A stretch of DNA of 64,000 nt from an uncultured Gammaproteobacteria bacterium. Its GTDB lineage: Bacteria; Pseudomonadota; Gammaproteobacteria; Arenicellales; Poriferihabitantaceae. The DNA is taken from assembly GCA_947259885.1 (NCBI GenBank), contig CAMYNW010000012.1, positions 74,769 to 138,768 of the forward strand. Reading direction: 5' to 3'. Each line of letters starts with the position of its first letter. The first letter of the stretch is position 1. A program made the position numbers and the translations under genes. Shown piece by piece: positions 8,868 through 18,767 of this stretch. Under the pieces are notes generated by a model. That model was not told the DNA's origin. It saw only the letters and a program-made list of their open reading frames with translations, and did no database searches.

Positions 8868-11850
8868 ACATCTTCTCCCCGCTTGGGTCATACATATGTG
8901 GTGAAACGATTTCCACCTCGACGTCACCTTTTCTAACAGGATCCGCCGCAATTGCGGTTTTTTCTGCCCAGGCTTGGTGGCCTCCAGAGATAAAGCCAAT
9001 ACCGATCCAATGTCCCTTTGCCGGCGAGTGGGTGACTCCGGTAATCCAGCCCTCGCCCAGTCCGGAAACCTGATCAACACTGCAAAGAATTGCGCCCGCA
9101 TTGAAGGTCTGGCTGCGATCTTTCGGAAAGATACCGACCAGCTTAGGCCTGTCTTCTCTGGTCATATCGGGTCGGCTGCGCAGTGCGCTACCAATGAAAG
9201 ATTTCTTTGGTGACGCCATTTTGCCCAGCCCAGCATCCTCAATGGTTACCCTTCCATCCAGCTCTGCACCGGTGACGTGACCCTTCTCTATTCGCATCGC
9301 ACCCAAGGCTTCTAATCCATATAAACAGCCGCCGGATTGCTCCGCTTTGGGCCACAACAGATCCATCATTGCGGCAGCATAATCCGAGGGCACATATGTT
9401 TCATAGGCCAGCTCACCAGAGAAGCTGATTCTTGCAATGCGACATGGAATACCACCCTGCAATTTAGTTTCGATCACCCCCATAAAAGGAAACGCTTCGT
9501 TATCCATAACCGACGCATCCTCAACACAGGCAGCCAGAACCTTTCTTGATTCGGGACCGGCTACCGCACACCCGGCCCACTGCTCGGATACCGATGTAAC
9601 GTGAACTTTCAGATCCTGCCACCGAGTCTGTAGCAGCTCCTCTAACCAAACCATGACCTTGCCAGCGTGTGCCGTTGTTGTGGTCATGAAGTATTCTGTC
9701 TCGGACAATCGCCATGTGGTGCCGTCATCCATCACGAAGCCGTCGTCCCGCAGCATAATGCCATAACGCGCCTTACCGATAGGAAGTTTGGCAAATGGAT
9801 TGGTGTAAATGCGATTTAAAAATTCAGTGGCGTCCGGGCCCTGTACCGCAATTTTTCCAAGAGAAGTGACGTCACATAGCCCTACTGTTTTTCTGGTTGT
9901 CTCAGTTTCTCTGACATAGGCCTCGCTGATGGTTTCACTCAAACGTGCGAAATACCACGGACGATGCCATAGACCGGCCATCGTCATCGTAGCCCCATGA
10001 GATAAATTCCAGTCGTGCATCGGTGTGCGACGCAATGGTCGAAAATGTTTATCCACACTGCGCCCACGCAAGGCACCAATTGAAACCGGCGTGTAAGGCG
10101 GTCTAAAAGTCGTAGTGCCGACTTCAGGAATTTCCCGACCTAACGCTTCGGCCATCAGCGCGAGCCCGATGACATTACCCATCTTGCCGCCATCTGTTGC
10201 CATTCCTAATGTGGTGTAACGTTTCAGGTGTTCAACAGAAACAAAACCTTCGCGATGGGCGAGTCGAATATCTTCAGCAGTCACATCATGCTGCGGGTCT
10301 ACCAGGCATTTTAATTTTTTTCCAGGCACTCTGATTTCGTAGACAGGTTTGATCGCCAAATCCCAGCCGCCGATTGGAGGCAGCACGAGAGTCTTGGCTT
10401 TCTTACCAAGCGCACTGGCCGCAACGGATCCGGCAGCGATGCCCGACAATTCGCAGTCTGCTGCGCGCCAGTAACCCGCCGCAGAACCTGCCATTTGAAT
10501 GGTTTCATGGCGGGATGGCGCTAGGAAACACGCATTTTCAGAGTCCCACTTCGGCTTAACTCCACGGTGTGACATCAGATGGACCACAGGTGACCAGCCA
10601 CCGGACACCAGCACGGCATCACAAGACTCAGCGCCTCGGGCCCTCCAGCCACTACCTGAGACAACGGCTAGTTCCAGCCCATTCACAGATGACCGGCCTT
10701 TCGCTTTTAGCGGGACTGTATTTGTTCTAAGGCTGACGCCCGCTTCTCCGGCCTGTTCCGCAAGCTCACCAGGTAATGTCGAGCGCGCATCGAGCAGCGT
10801 CACGTCTGCACCGGCACAAGCAAGATCAATCGCACATTTGTATGCCGAGTCGTTATTTGTAGCAACGACAACTCGTTCTCCTGGTAATACTCCATAACGA
10901 TTGACATAGGCCCTGCCCGCAGCAGCATTCATGACTCCCGGCCGATCGTTATTACCAAATGCAATATGCCGCTCCAAGGCACCACTGGCTAAAATTGTTT
11001 GCTTAGCCCGTATGTTCCAGAATCTTTGACGGGGCTGATAACGGTCCGGATTCTGCAGATGATCCGTGACCCGTTCCAGCAACCCTGCGACGCCATAGTC
11101 ATAGAGTCCAAATGCAGTGGTTCTGAGCATAATGCGCACTCCTGCATTGTTAAGTGACGCCACCATATCCGCGCATCTATTTTTTGATTCACTACCAGTC
11201 TGCGATAAAAAGCTACCACCAAGCTCCCAATCCTGCTCAATCAGCATTACGTCCAGGCCGGCTTCTGCAGCGGCTAGAGCTGAGGACATGCCAGCTGGCC
11301 CAGATCCCACCACCAGCAGATCACAGAAGTCATGACCATGCTCGTAGTGATCTGGATCAGCCTCCCTTGAGGCGCTTCCCATACCCGCAGCTTTACGAAT
11401 AAACTTTTCGTACCACATCCATGCACCGGTACCTTTGCCCCACTCAAATGGGGGAATCCCCATAAATGTTTTATAGTAGAAACCAGCAACAAGAAACCGG
11501 CCCAGCATGTCGTTGACCTCACCAAAATCAAACCGCACATTTGGCCAGGCATTTTGTCCGGTGGCTGTGAGCCCGTTAAATAGCTCCTGCATCGGTGCTT
11601 TGACGTTTGGATCCTGACGCGCACCCTCACCAACAGTCACCATCGCTCCGGATTCTTCTACCCCCGCAGACATCACCCCGCGCGGTCTATGGTATTTAAA
11701 ACTGCGTCCAAGCACCTGCTCCCCATTGGCCATCAAGGCGGAAGCGAGACTGTCACCTGGGTGACCAGACATCGCGCGATCATCCCAGGTAAACCTAATA
11801 ACCTGACTGCGGTCGATCCGACCACCACTTGGCAATCTTCTGGCGCTCAT
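8860..11850 (-). CDS. soxA: Sarcosine oxidase alpha subunit
   Basis: 996 aa. It has an N-terminal 2Fe-2S-like/NAD region, the dinucleotide fold LLVVGSGPAGMSSALAAA, and a C-terminal aminomethyltransferase (GcvT-like) folate-binding domain. Its ATG overlaps the soxD stop (ATGA). Confidence 0.92.
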   Translation of the reverse strand: MSARRLPSGGRIDRSQVIRFTWDDRAMSGHPGDSLASALMANGEQVLGRSFKYHRPRGVMSAGVEESGAMVTVGEGARQDPNVKAPMQELFNGLTATGQNAWPNVRFDFGEVNDMLGRFLVAGFYYKTFMGIPPFEWGKGTGAWMWYEKFIRKAAGMGSASREADPDHYEHGHDFCDLLVVGSGPAGMSSALAAAEAGLDVMLIEQDWELGGSFLSQTGSESKNRCADMVASLNNAGVRIMLRTTAFGLYDYGVAGLLERVTDHLQNPDRYQPRQRFWNIRAKQTILASGALERHIAFGNNDRPGVMNAAAGRAYVNRYGVLPGERVVVATNNDSAYKCAIDLACAGADVTLLDARSTLPGELAEQAGEAGVSLRTNTVPLKAKGRSSVNGLELAVVSGSGWRARGAESCDAVLVSGGWSPVVHLMSHRGVKPKWDSENACFLAPSRHETIQMAGSAAGYWRAADCELSGIAAGSVAASALGKKAKTLVLPPIGGWDLAIKPVYEIRVPGKKLKCLVDPQHDVTAEDIRLAHREGFVSVEHLKRYTTLGMATDGGKMGNVIGLALMAEALGREIPEVGTTTFRPPYTPVSIGALRGRSVDKHFRPLRRTPMHDWNLSHGATMTMAGLWHRPWYFARLSETISEAYVRETETTRKTVGLCDVTSLGKIAVQGPDATEFLNRIYTNPFAKLPIGKARYGIMLRDDGFVMDDGTTWRLSETEYFMTTTTAHAGKVMVWLEELLQTRWQDLKVHVTSVSEQWAGCAVAGPESRKVLAACVEDASVMDNEAFPFMGVIETKLQGGIPCRIARISFSGELAYETYVPSDYAAAMMDLLWPKAEQSGGCLYGLEALGAMRIEKGHVTGAELDGRVTIEDAGLGKMASPKKSFIGSALRSRPDMTREDRPKLVGIFPKDRSQTFNAGAILCSVDQVSGLGEGWITGVTHSPAKGHWIGIGFISGGHQAWAEKTAIAADPVRKGDVEVEIVSPHMYDPSGEKMYG

Positions 11851-12131
11851 TGGTCATCCTCCAGAACGCTGGCCAGCCCTTCATGGGCAGGCCGCACCGA
11901 CCGTATTTCATGGGTCATGGTATCTCTTTGCACAATCAGCCACATGCGACATCCATTCACGTGATGCCAGGTTTCAGTCTGCATACCCCGAATATTCTCC
12001 CGCATAAAGACAGCCTCATGCCATTCTTCTGCTGGTGCATCCAACGCAGGATAAACGATCGAGGCATCGCCGCCATATGTAAATTCACTATGGTCACGCT
12101 CGCCGCAGAAGGGACACTTTATTCGTATCAT
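11847..12131 (-). CDS. soxD: Sarcosine oxidase delta subunit
   Basis: 94 aa. MIRIKCPFCGERDHSEFTYGGDA is the characteristic SoxD zinc-ribbon N-terminus. Confidence 0.9.
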   Translation of the reverse strand: MIRIKCPFCGERDHSEFTYGGDASIVYPALDAPAEEWHEAVFMRENIRGMQTETWHHVNGCRMWLIVQRDTMTHEIRSVRPAHEGLASVLEDDQ

Positions 12132-12154
12132 GAAGTTAAATTATGCTCATCCGA

Positions 12155-13420
12155 CTACCCGTGCAGCTTGGGATCTGGTCCCGCGCCTCGCTCATCAATA
12201 TTGACACCTCTTGCAAACCTGCCCACATCAAAATTTTCAATGATCGGATCCGGTCTGTCGTTGGCGATCAAATCCGCAAAATACCAACCCGATGCGGGGG
12301 TTGCCTTAAACCCACCGTAATTCCAGCCGGCATTTAGATAGAGATTATCCACAGGGGTTTTACATATAAAGGGTGAACCATCCATCGACATATCCATTAC
12401 CCCGGACCAGTGTCGCAGTAACCTGACCCGGCCCAGACAAGGCAGTATCGAAGTGGCGGCTTCCGCAACATCTTGAACAATCGGCAAATTGCCTCTTTGG
12501 GCATAAGATTTATACCAGTCTAGGTCGCCGCCGAACACCATCCCACCTTTGTCAGACTGCGAGATATAAAAGTGGGCGCCGCCTACGCCGAATACCACCA
12601 CCTGATCCAATAGCGGCTTTAAAGGTTCCGACACAAAAGCTTGGAGCTTGTGTGTCTCGATTGGGAGTTTGCCAAGTCCTGCCATCCGCCAAAGCCTTGA
12701 GGTATTCCCAGCGACTGCAAATCCCACCTTGGCGGCGCCAATATCGCCCCGAGTAGTTTCCACCGCTGTCACCCGCCCGTTCTCTCGCCGCACCCCAGTG
12801 ACTTCACAATTCTGGATAATATCCACGCCATACTGATCCGCTCCCCGCGCATATCCCCAAGCCACCGCATCATGGCGTGCACTTCCTGCACGTCTCTGCA
12901 CCGCGGCACCAATTATGGGGAACCGCGCATTGTCATAATTTAAATGGGGCACCTCTCGTTTAAGCGTTTCTAGATCCCACAGCTCTGCACCGGTGTCGGT
13001 CAACCGCATCGTGTTGTAGCGCCGGGCTGTCGCGTCTCGCGCCGCGGGGCTGTGCAGTAAAGAGATATGCGCACGCTGGCTGAACATGACATTAAAATTC
13101 AACTCGTGACTCAGGTTCTCCCACAACTTGAGCGAGTGCTCGTAAAAGAACCGGTTACCCGGCATCATGTAATTTGATCTGACAATCGTAGTGTTACGGC
13201 CGGCGTTTCCACCCCCAAGCCAGCCTTTTTCAACCACCGCAATATTGCGAATGCCATGATTCTTCGCAAGATAAAACGCCGTAGCAAGACCATGTAATCC
13301 CGCCCCAACGATGACAATCTCATAGTTGTCTTTGGGCTGCGGATCACGCCACACCCGGTCCCAGCCTTTTTGGCCGGTTATTCCATTTTTAAAAACATTC
13401 CACGCGCTATATCGCGTCAT
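12155..13420 (-). CDS. soxB: Sarcosine oxidase beta subunit (FAD/FMN)
   Basis: The ATG at 13420 (MTRYSAWNVFKNG) gives 421 aa. It has the FAD fold IVIVGAGLHGLATAFYLA. The gene order soxB-soxD-soxA-soxG is canonical. Confidence 0.9.
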   Translation of the reverse strand: MTRYSAWNVFKNGITGQKGWDRVWRDPQPKDNYEIVIVGAGLHGLATAFYLAKNHGIRNIAVVEKGWLGGGNAGRNTTIVRSNYMMPGNRFFYEHSLKLWENLSHELNFNVMFSQRAHISLLHSPAARDATARRYNTMRLTDTGAELWDLETLKREVPHLNYDNARFPIIGAAVQRRAGSARHDAVAWGYARGADQYGVDIIQNCEVTGVRRENGRVTAVETTRGDIGAAKVGFAVAGNTSRLWRMAGLGKLPIETHKLQAFVSEPLKPLLDQVVVFGVGGAHFYISQSDKGGMVFGGDLDWYKSYAQRGNLPIVQDVAEAATSILPCLGRVRLLRHWSGVMDMSMDGSPFICKTPVDNLYLNAGWNYGGFKATPASGWYFADLIANDRPDPIIENFDVGRFARGVNIDERGAGPDPKLHG

Positions 13421-13983
13421 CTTTACCTCGTCGGCTGGATACCGGGTTGACGAACTGCTTGGCTGCATCTCCGGTCGAAAATGGACATCAACTTAACTGG
13501 GACCAGCATAAGATCGCCAATCTCTTGCAGCGGATAGTAGCTGAACAGTGCCTTAGTACATAGCGGTTTGCCGTCACAATATTAGATAAAAACGCCCCTG
13601 AACAGAACGGTTCTGCAGGCCTTCTTTGAGGCCAAACTGTTCCAGGCTCCCTCCGGCCGACAAATCTATTGGCGAATCTGCATCGAGATATAGAGCTTCA
13701 CGGCTCTGAACGACTCGAATGAATTAAAAATCCGAACCATGGTTGCCATTTGATCGGGCCGACACCCGCTAAAATGTCGATGAAATATCAGGCTATTATT
13801 GTTCGTAAAAAACAGGATTAATGCTTTAATAACCATATGATTAATATATAATATTCAGTGAATTAGAAGGGATTTCCCTATTTTTTCTACTTTATCTGGA
13901 ATACCTGATTTCGGCTGTTTTTTACTTTAAAATTGAACCGAATACAGGCATGATTAAGGGTTACGGGGGTAATCGATAGCATA

Positions 13984-15972
13984 ATGACAACTAATATCGA
14001 AAAGTTTGAGCGGCTGGAGCGCCGTCTCAATATCATCACTTATTTTTCCCAGTCGGTATTCCGAAGAAATACTGTGGAAGATGTCCTGTGGGATATCGTC
14101 TCCAATTGTATCAACCGACTTGGGTTTGAAGATTGCGTCATTTACCTTGTAGATGAAAAACGCAACATGCTGGTCCAGAAAGCTGCTTACGGTAATAAAA
14201 ATATTGATGATGAGACGATCAAGGACCCGATCGAGATTCCGATAGGAACCGGAATTGTCGGCACCGTCGCTAAAACCGGCAAGCCGGAACTAATTGCAGA
14301 TACTCGGCTTGATGATCGATATATTATCGATGATCACGCACGCCTGTCTGAGCTCGCGGTACCGATATTCGCAGAGGGCGAGCTAATTGGCATTATCGAC
14401 AGTGAACATTCCAGACCGGGTTTCTACGATAATTATCATCTTGAAATCCTGCAGGATCTGGCCATTATTTCCGGCACCAAGATCTCTAAGACAATACATC
14501 AGCAGGAAAGAGAAGATATTGCTCTGTTTGCACTTGAAAATCCGAACCCGGTGTTCCGCCTGTCCTCAGAATTTGACGTTTCGCTGGCCAACCAACCCGC
14601 TGAAAGCATTCTAAAAGCCCTGGAGGAGAGTACTTTCCATTTTCGCTATCACAATCTTTACAAGTATGTGTCCGAAGCCTTGGTAACCAGTGAAAGTGGT
14701 CTCATCACATTACCGATCGATAAGCTGATCTATTCGGTTGATATAATTCCGTTCCCGGAACGAGGTTATGCCAATCTATACTTCATTGATGTCACTGCAT
14801 ACTTCAAAGCTAAGGAAACCGCGGAAAAAGCAGATCAGGCAAAAACTGAATTCATGAGCATGATGTCCCATGAAATTCGCACCCCGCTAAATGGAATATT
14901 GAATTTGAGCCGGCTTCTTCGAGAGTCCGTAGAAGGAAAAAAAGCCATTGAGCTACTCGAGACCATGGAATATTCGGGTGAGAATCTTCTTAAAATTATC
15001 AACGATATCCTGGAGTTCGAGAAACTTGGCGCGGGTAAAGTAGTGTTTGAGCAAAACACCTTCGACCTATATGATCTACTCGCCCGATTGCAACAGATGT
15101 TATCTCCTCACGCAGAGGATAAATCAATCGGCTTAGAGTACGAAATTGCCGAAAACGTTCCGCAGCTTCTGCTCGGCGATGCAACTCGGTTATCGCAGGT
15201 ACTAAGCAACCTAACTTTAAACGCTCTCAAATTCACTAATTACGGTAAAGTCAAAATCATTGTGGGACTCATAGAAAGGGATGATTCGCAGGTCACACTA
15301 GCAATCCGGGTAATTGACACTGGCGTCGGCATTCCACTTGACAAGCAGGCTTCAATTTTCGATCGTTACGAACAGGCTCACGCTCAACAAAGCAGTTTGT
15401 TCTTTGGGGTTGGACTTGGCCTCGGAATTTCCAAGCGATTGGTGGAACAACAAGGTGGCTCCATTGCAGTAAAAAGTGTACCGAGTAAAGGTACTACTTT
15501 CACAGTCGTCCTATCGTATAAACTGGGTTCTGTTGCTGAACACAAACCTGCTTCAGATGTCGCAGAAGATTTTGATCTTTCAGGATACCGAGTACTGATT
15601 GTAGACGATAGTCCGATAAACATTTTGGTAGCGCAGGAATTCCTTGAAAAGTGGAACGTCGAAGTTTTTACAGCGGTTGATGGTTACAAGGCACTCGAAA
15701 TGGTAAACGCGGAACATCTCGATCTGGTGCTGATGGATTTACAGATGCCGGGATGGACTGGCTACCGCACCGCGAAAGAGATTCGACGCTCGACCACGGC
15801 AAATGCCAGAATTCCAATTATTGCGATGAGTGCCGACGTCTTATCCGCTTCTCCTGCGGAAATCAGAGGCGCCGGTATGGATGGACAGTTAGTCAAACCT
15901 TTCCACCCGGATGAGCTGCGCAGCAGGATTGTTGACTTACTTCGCCCTTCGACCCACGCCGTAGCGGTCTAA
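13984..15972 (+). CDS. Hybrid sensor histidine kinase (GAF - HisKA - HATPase_c - receiver)
   Basis: It has an N-terminal GAF-like region ([18 protein letters not shown]...[18 protein letters not shown]), the H-box [12 protein letters not shown] boxes (LNALKFT, DTGVGI, GLGLGIS), and a C-terminal receiver ([10 protein letters not shown]...[14 protein letters not shown]...K). Confidence 0.85.
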   Translation: MTTNIEKFERLERRLNIITYFSQSVFRRNTVEDVLWDIVSNCINRLGFEDCVIYLVDEKRNMLVQKAAYGNKNIDDETIKDPIEIPIGTGIVGTVAKTGKPELIADTRLDDRYIIDDHARLSELAVPIFAEGELIGIIDSEHSRPGFYDNYHLEILQDLAIISGTKISKTIHQQEREDIALFALENPNPVFRLSSEFDVSLANQPAESILKALEESTFHFRYHNLYKYVSEALVTSESGLITLPIDKLIYSVDIIPFPERGYANLYFIDVTAYFKAKETAEKADQAKTEFMSMMSHEIRTPLNGILNLSRLLRESVEGKKAIELLETMEYSGENLLKIINDILEFEKLGAGKVVFEQNTFDLYDLLARLQQMLSPHAEDKSIGLEYEIAENVPQLLLGDATRLSQVLSNLTLNALKFTNYGKVKIIVGLIERDDSQVTLAIRVIDTGVGIPLDKQASIFDRYEQAHAQQSSLFFGVGLGLGISKRLVEQQGGSIAVKSVPSKGTTFTVVLSYKLGSVAEHKPASDVAEDFDLSGYRVLIVDDSPINILVAQEFLEKWNVEVFTAVDGYKALEMVNAEHLDLVLMDLQMPGWTGYRTAKEIRRSTTANARIPIIAMSADVLSASPAEIRGAGMDGQLVKPFHPDELRSRIVDLLRPSTHAVAV

Positions 15973-16247
15973 GCCGCTGAGAAGACGCTCGACCGGTTAA
16001 TTGTCAGGTTGGTTTTTACCTGATTTGGTATATTCAGGGTACTATCTTCATTAAATATGCGTTACTTCTTGCATTTTCTGCTCTAATAAACGTTCATTTT
16101 TCAACATTTTAAGTGTAGGATTGACGGTAATTTGTAGTTAAGCGGGTTAGAGTAAGAGCTAGCCATTCTTTCGCGGCTGAAGTAAACGAACTCAGCCTGC
16201 CAATTGAGGACCTGGAATTTCGGGTATTCAGACCAAAAAAATTGGGC

Positions 16248-17378
16248 ATGCAGAGCTTCGACAACGAACAAAAAAACTCTCACGTGAAAACCACACTCGA
16301 GTTCATCAATGAAAATGTCGTGCCGTTTCCGGCGCGACGGGCAACCAAGGACTCTCTGCCCATGGTAGACGTCGGTGGGTTGTACGACAGGAACCCATTG
16401 GTTCAACGCAGCACCGCAGCTCAAATCTGTGATATCGCCATGCAGAATGGATTTCTGTATCTGCATAACCACATGGTCTCCAAGGCCCTAATCGATGCGG
16501 TGTATGAACAGGCAAAGTTTTTCTTTGACAGAGATATCGCGGAGAAGAACAGATTATATATTGGTCATTCTCGTAATCATCGCGGATATGTCCCAACCAC
16601 TGAAAAAGGCGACTACGCTGATGAACAAGGCCCGAGACGTTACGAGGCGTTCGATATGGGCATGGATTTACCGGCGGATGACCCTGACTACGTAAATGGC
16701 AATCCGTTGCTCGGTCCAAATGTGTGGCCTGATCAACCTGGTTTTCGCTACATACTCGGACGTTATGTCAAAGAGATGAATCGAGTGTCCCAAGCTATGT
16801 TTCGGGCGTTCGAAATGAGTCTTGGTCTGCCTAAGCGATTCTTCCGCAAACAAATAAACAAACCTGTTTCTCAATTACGTCTGCTTCACTATTTACAGAA
16901 CGATCGTATCCCGAGCAATGTAGACGTAAATATGGGTGCGCATACCGACTACGAGTGCTTTACTATTCTGCATTCCAGAAGACCTAGTTTGCAGATACTA
17001 GATCTTGACTCAAACTGGGTTGATGCGCCCCCTATCGACAATACCTTCTACTTTAACATTGGCGATATGATGGAAGCTTGGAGTGGCGGTTTGTTAGTGG
17101 CAACTCCGCACAGGGTCATTAACCAGGGCGAAGAAAGGTTTTCAGTTCCGTTTTTTGCCGCCACTAACTACGATACGGTGGTAGCGCCGGTTGACTGCCC
17201 TAAATTCCGCCACAAGCAGAAACACTATGAACCTGTACTCGGCGGTGAACACCTTCTCAGCCAGTTACTGCGGGATTTTCCTTATCTTCGCAGGCGCTAT
17301 GAGGCAGGATTGCTTGAATTTCCTGACGTGCAGCCAGGACCCAACCCGTTCGAAGAAAGGATGCGAAGTTATCTATAG
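16248..17378 (+). CDS. 2OG-Fe(II) oxygenase, isopenicillin-N-synthase-like family
   Basis: It has H-x-D in GAHTDYECFTILH, a distal His in ATPHRV, and R-x-S in ERFSVPFF. The ATG at 16248 is preferred over the TTG at 16242. Confidence 0.75.
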   Translation: MQSFDNEQKNSHVKTTLEFINENVVPFPARRATKDSLPMVDVGGLYDRNPLVQRSTAAQICDIAMQNGFLYLHNHMVSKALIDAVYEQAKFFFDRDIAEKNRLYIGHSRNHRGYVPTTEKGDYADEQGPRRYEAFDMGMDLPADDPDYVNGNPLLGPNVWPDQPGFRYILGRYVKEMNRVSQAMFRAFEMSLGLPKRFFRKQINKPVSQLRLLHYLQNDRIPSNVDVNMGAHTDYECFTILHSRRPSLQILDLDSNWVDAPPIDNTFYFNIGDMMEAWSGGLLVATPHRVINQGEERFSVPFFAATNYDTVVAPVDCPKFRHKQKHYEPVLGGEHLLSQLLRDFPYLRRRYEAGLLEFPDVQPGPNPFEERMRSYL

Positions 17379-17453
17379 GCCTGACTCGAAGTAATCTATA
17401 GGCCTGACTCGAAGTAATCTATAGGCCTGACTTGAAGTAATCTATAGATCTAT
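17361..17453. repeat. 23-bp tandem repeat, about 3.5-4 copies (ATCTATAGGCCTGACTCGAAGTA)
   Basis: Perfect units lie at 17371-17393 and 17394-17416. The unit at 17417-17439 has one C-to-T change, followed by a partial unit. The first unit contains the TAG stop of the upstream oxygenase gene, and the last coding bases (GCGAAGTTATCTATAG) look like a degenerate copy. Confidence 0.85.
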
Positions 17454-17550
17454 CGTAAAGACTAAAGTCGGCTTTCACTGCATCCAGAAAGTTGCAATAA
17501 TGCTGGTATAGATACTGGATAAAAATCACAACATTAGTTAAAAGGGGAAT

Positions 17551-18198
17551 ATGCCAAGTGTTGATATGATTGTTGCCGTCACGGTGGCAGGTCTGCTTTT
17601 GAGTGCTTCACCAGGGCCGTCAATGTTGTATGTGCTATCCAGAAGCGTCGGTCAAAGCCGGAGTGCCGGATTCGCCTCTACAATCGGACTAGCAATAGGC
17701 GGCATCATTCTGGCAATTGCAACAGCATTGGGGCTGGCAGCGATATTTGAGTATTCACCAAAGGCGTTTACTATTCTTCAAATCGCTGGGGGTTGTTATC
17801 TGTGCTATCTCGGCTACAGCTTGATCAGAGGCGCCGGTAACGACGATTTGTCAATCCGCAAAGTCAAAGACGCTGCTTTTTCGACCATCCTCTATCAAGG
17901 CATTCTGGTCGAAGTTCTGAACCCCAAGACCGCGATTTTCTTTCTTGCTTTTCTTCCCCAGTTCATCGACTACTCGCGAGATGACATTACCACACAGGTC
18001 CTGGTGCTGGGGATGCTGGTACCGCTCACTGCAGTTCCCTCCGATGTTGTTGTGTCGATGGCAGGTGGTACATTGGCACAAAAGCTAAAAAGGAACCCAT
18101 TGGCAGGAGTGATTCTTGCATGGATTGCAGGTCTGATTTTGATCGGACTGGCCGTCCGCATTTTCTTTGTCAGCTCGCCCTGCTGTGTTGCTGGCTGA
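17551..18198 (+). CDS. LysE/RhtB-family amino-acid exporter
   Basis: 215 aa and polytopic. It has SPGPSMLYVLSRS and NPKTAIFFLAFLPQF, which are hallmark LysE-family motifs. Confidence 0.8.
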   Translation: MPSVDMIVAVTVAGLLLSASPGPSMLYVLSRSVGQSRSAGFASTIGLAIGGIILAIATALGLAAIFEYSPKAFTILQIAGGCYLCYLGYSLIRGAGNDDLSIRKVKDAAFSTILYQGILVEVLNPKTAIFFLAFLPQFIDYSRDDITTQVLVLGMLVPLTAVPSDVVVSMAGGTLAQKLKRNPLAGVILAWIAGLILIGLAVRIFFVSSPCCVAG

Positions 18199-18225
18199 TC
18201 CGATCCCAGGACTTGGAATCGATTG

Positions 18226-18540
18226 CTACTTATCCAGTAGCAACAGGGTATGATTAACCAGCGTTTCGACGCGTGACGATAGCTCTTTCAGTTGTTCGCC
18301 CTGTGGCTTTTTGCGTTGAATCTCTTCCAGGATATCCGCAATGTTATCGAATCCCATGGTGCGCATAGCGGAACACATTTTGTGGCACTGAAATGAAACC
18401 TTCTCCTGATCATCATTTTCAACCGCAGTCAGCAGCTCGGACAGATAATCGGGCACATGCTGACGGTAAAGCGCAATAATTTCATCGCTGGGCTGAGGCA
18501 AATTGGTGTCACCACTATTTCGCATATCGGTATCGCTCAT
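18226..18540 (-). CDS. Histidine phosphotransfer (Hpt) domain protein
   Basis: About 104 aa and helical. It has an Hpt-like motif FQCHKMCSAMRTMGF (compare HxxKGSxxxxG). The ATG at 18540 is preferred; a GTG alternative lies at 18552. Confidence 0.55.
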   Translation of the reverse strand: MSDTDMRNSGDTNLPQPSDEIIALYRQHVPDYLSELLTAVENDDQEKVSFQCHKMCSAMRTMGFDNIADILEEIQRKKPQGEQLKELSSRVETLVNHTLLLLDK

Positions 18541-18767
18541 GCTAGCACTCACTTCGACTTAGTTCGTTGTTATAGACACAACTTCATGTCTGGCAAGACA
18601 GGGAATACACACCTCCTTTGCTCTTTATCGCCAATTTACCACCGATTACAGGCCGCTGCCAGACAAAATTAACAGGCAGTACCCGTGAGAACATAGAAAA
18701 ATACCCCCTCTGATATCGGGCGGCTTCGTCTGTATATACCCTCAAACATTTCGGAGATACAGCATAA

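Noticed and set aside
8868-9101. N-terminal extension of the soxG ORF (the ORF track gives 8307-9101, 264 aa)
   Set aside because: The extension overlaps the 3' end of soxA by 240 nt. The internal ATG at 8867 gives a typical 186-aa SoxG with the classic 8-nt coupling overlap.
9337-11633. Multiple 60-130-aa ORFs on both strands inside soxA (for example 10499-10897 and 11274-11633)
   Set aside because: All are embedded in the 996-aa soxA gene, have no motifs, and have a composition consistent with off-frame translation.
13469-13983. Possible glycine riboswitch or small gene in the long soxB / kinase intergenic region
   Set aside because: I saw no glycine-riboswitch core motifs on either strand and no ORF of 60 aa or more. 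It is treated as an AT-rich promoter/leader region only.
16101-16472. 123-aa minus-strand ORF across the start of the IPNS-like oxygenase
   Set aside because: It overlaps the better-supported oxygenase gene and its promoter region, and it has no motifs.
17361-17453. Possible CRISPR array
   Set aside because: The repeats are directly abutting with no spacers, there are only about 4 units, and there are no cas genes. It is a simple tandem repeat.
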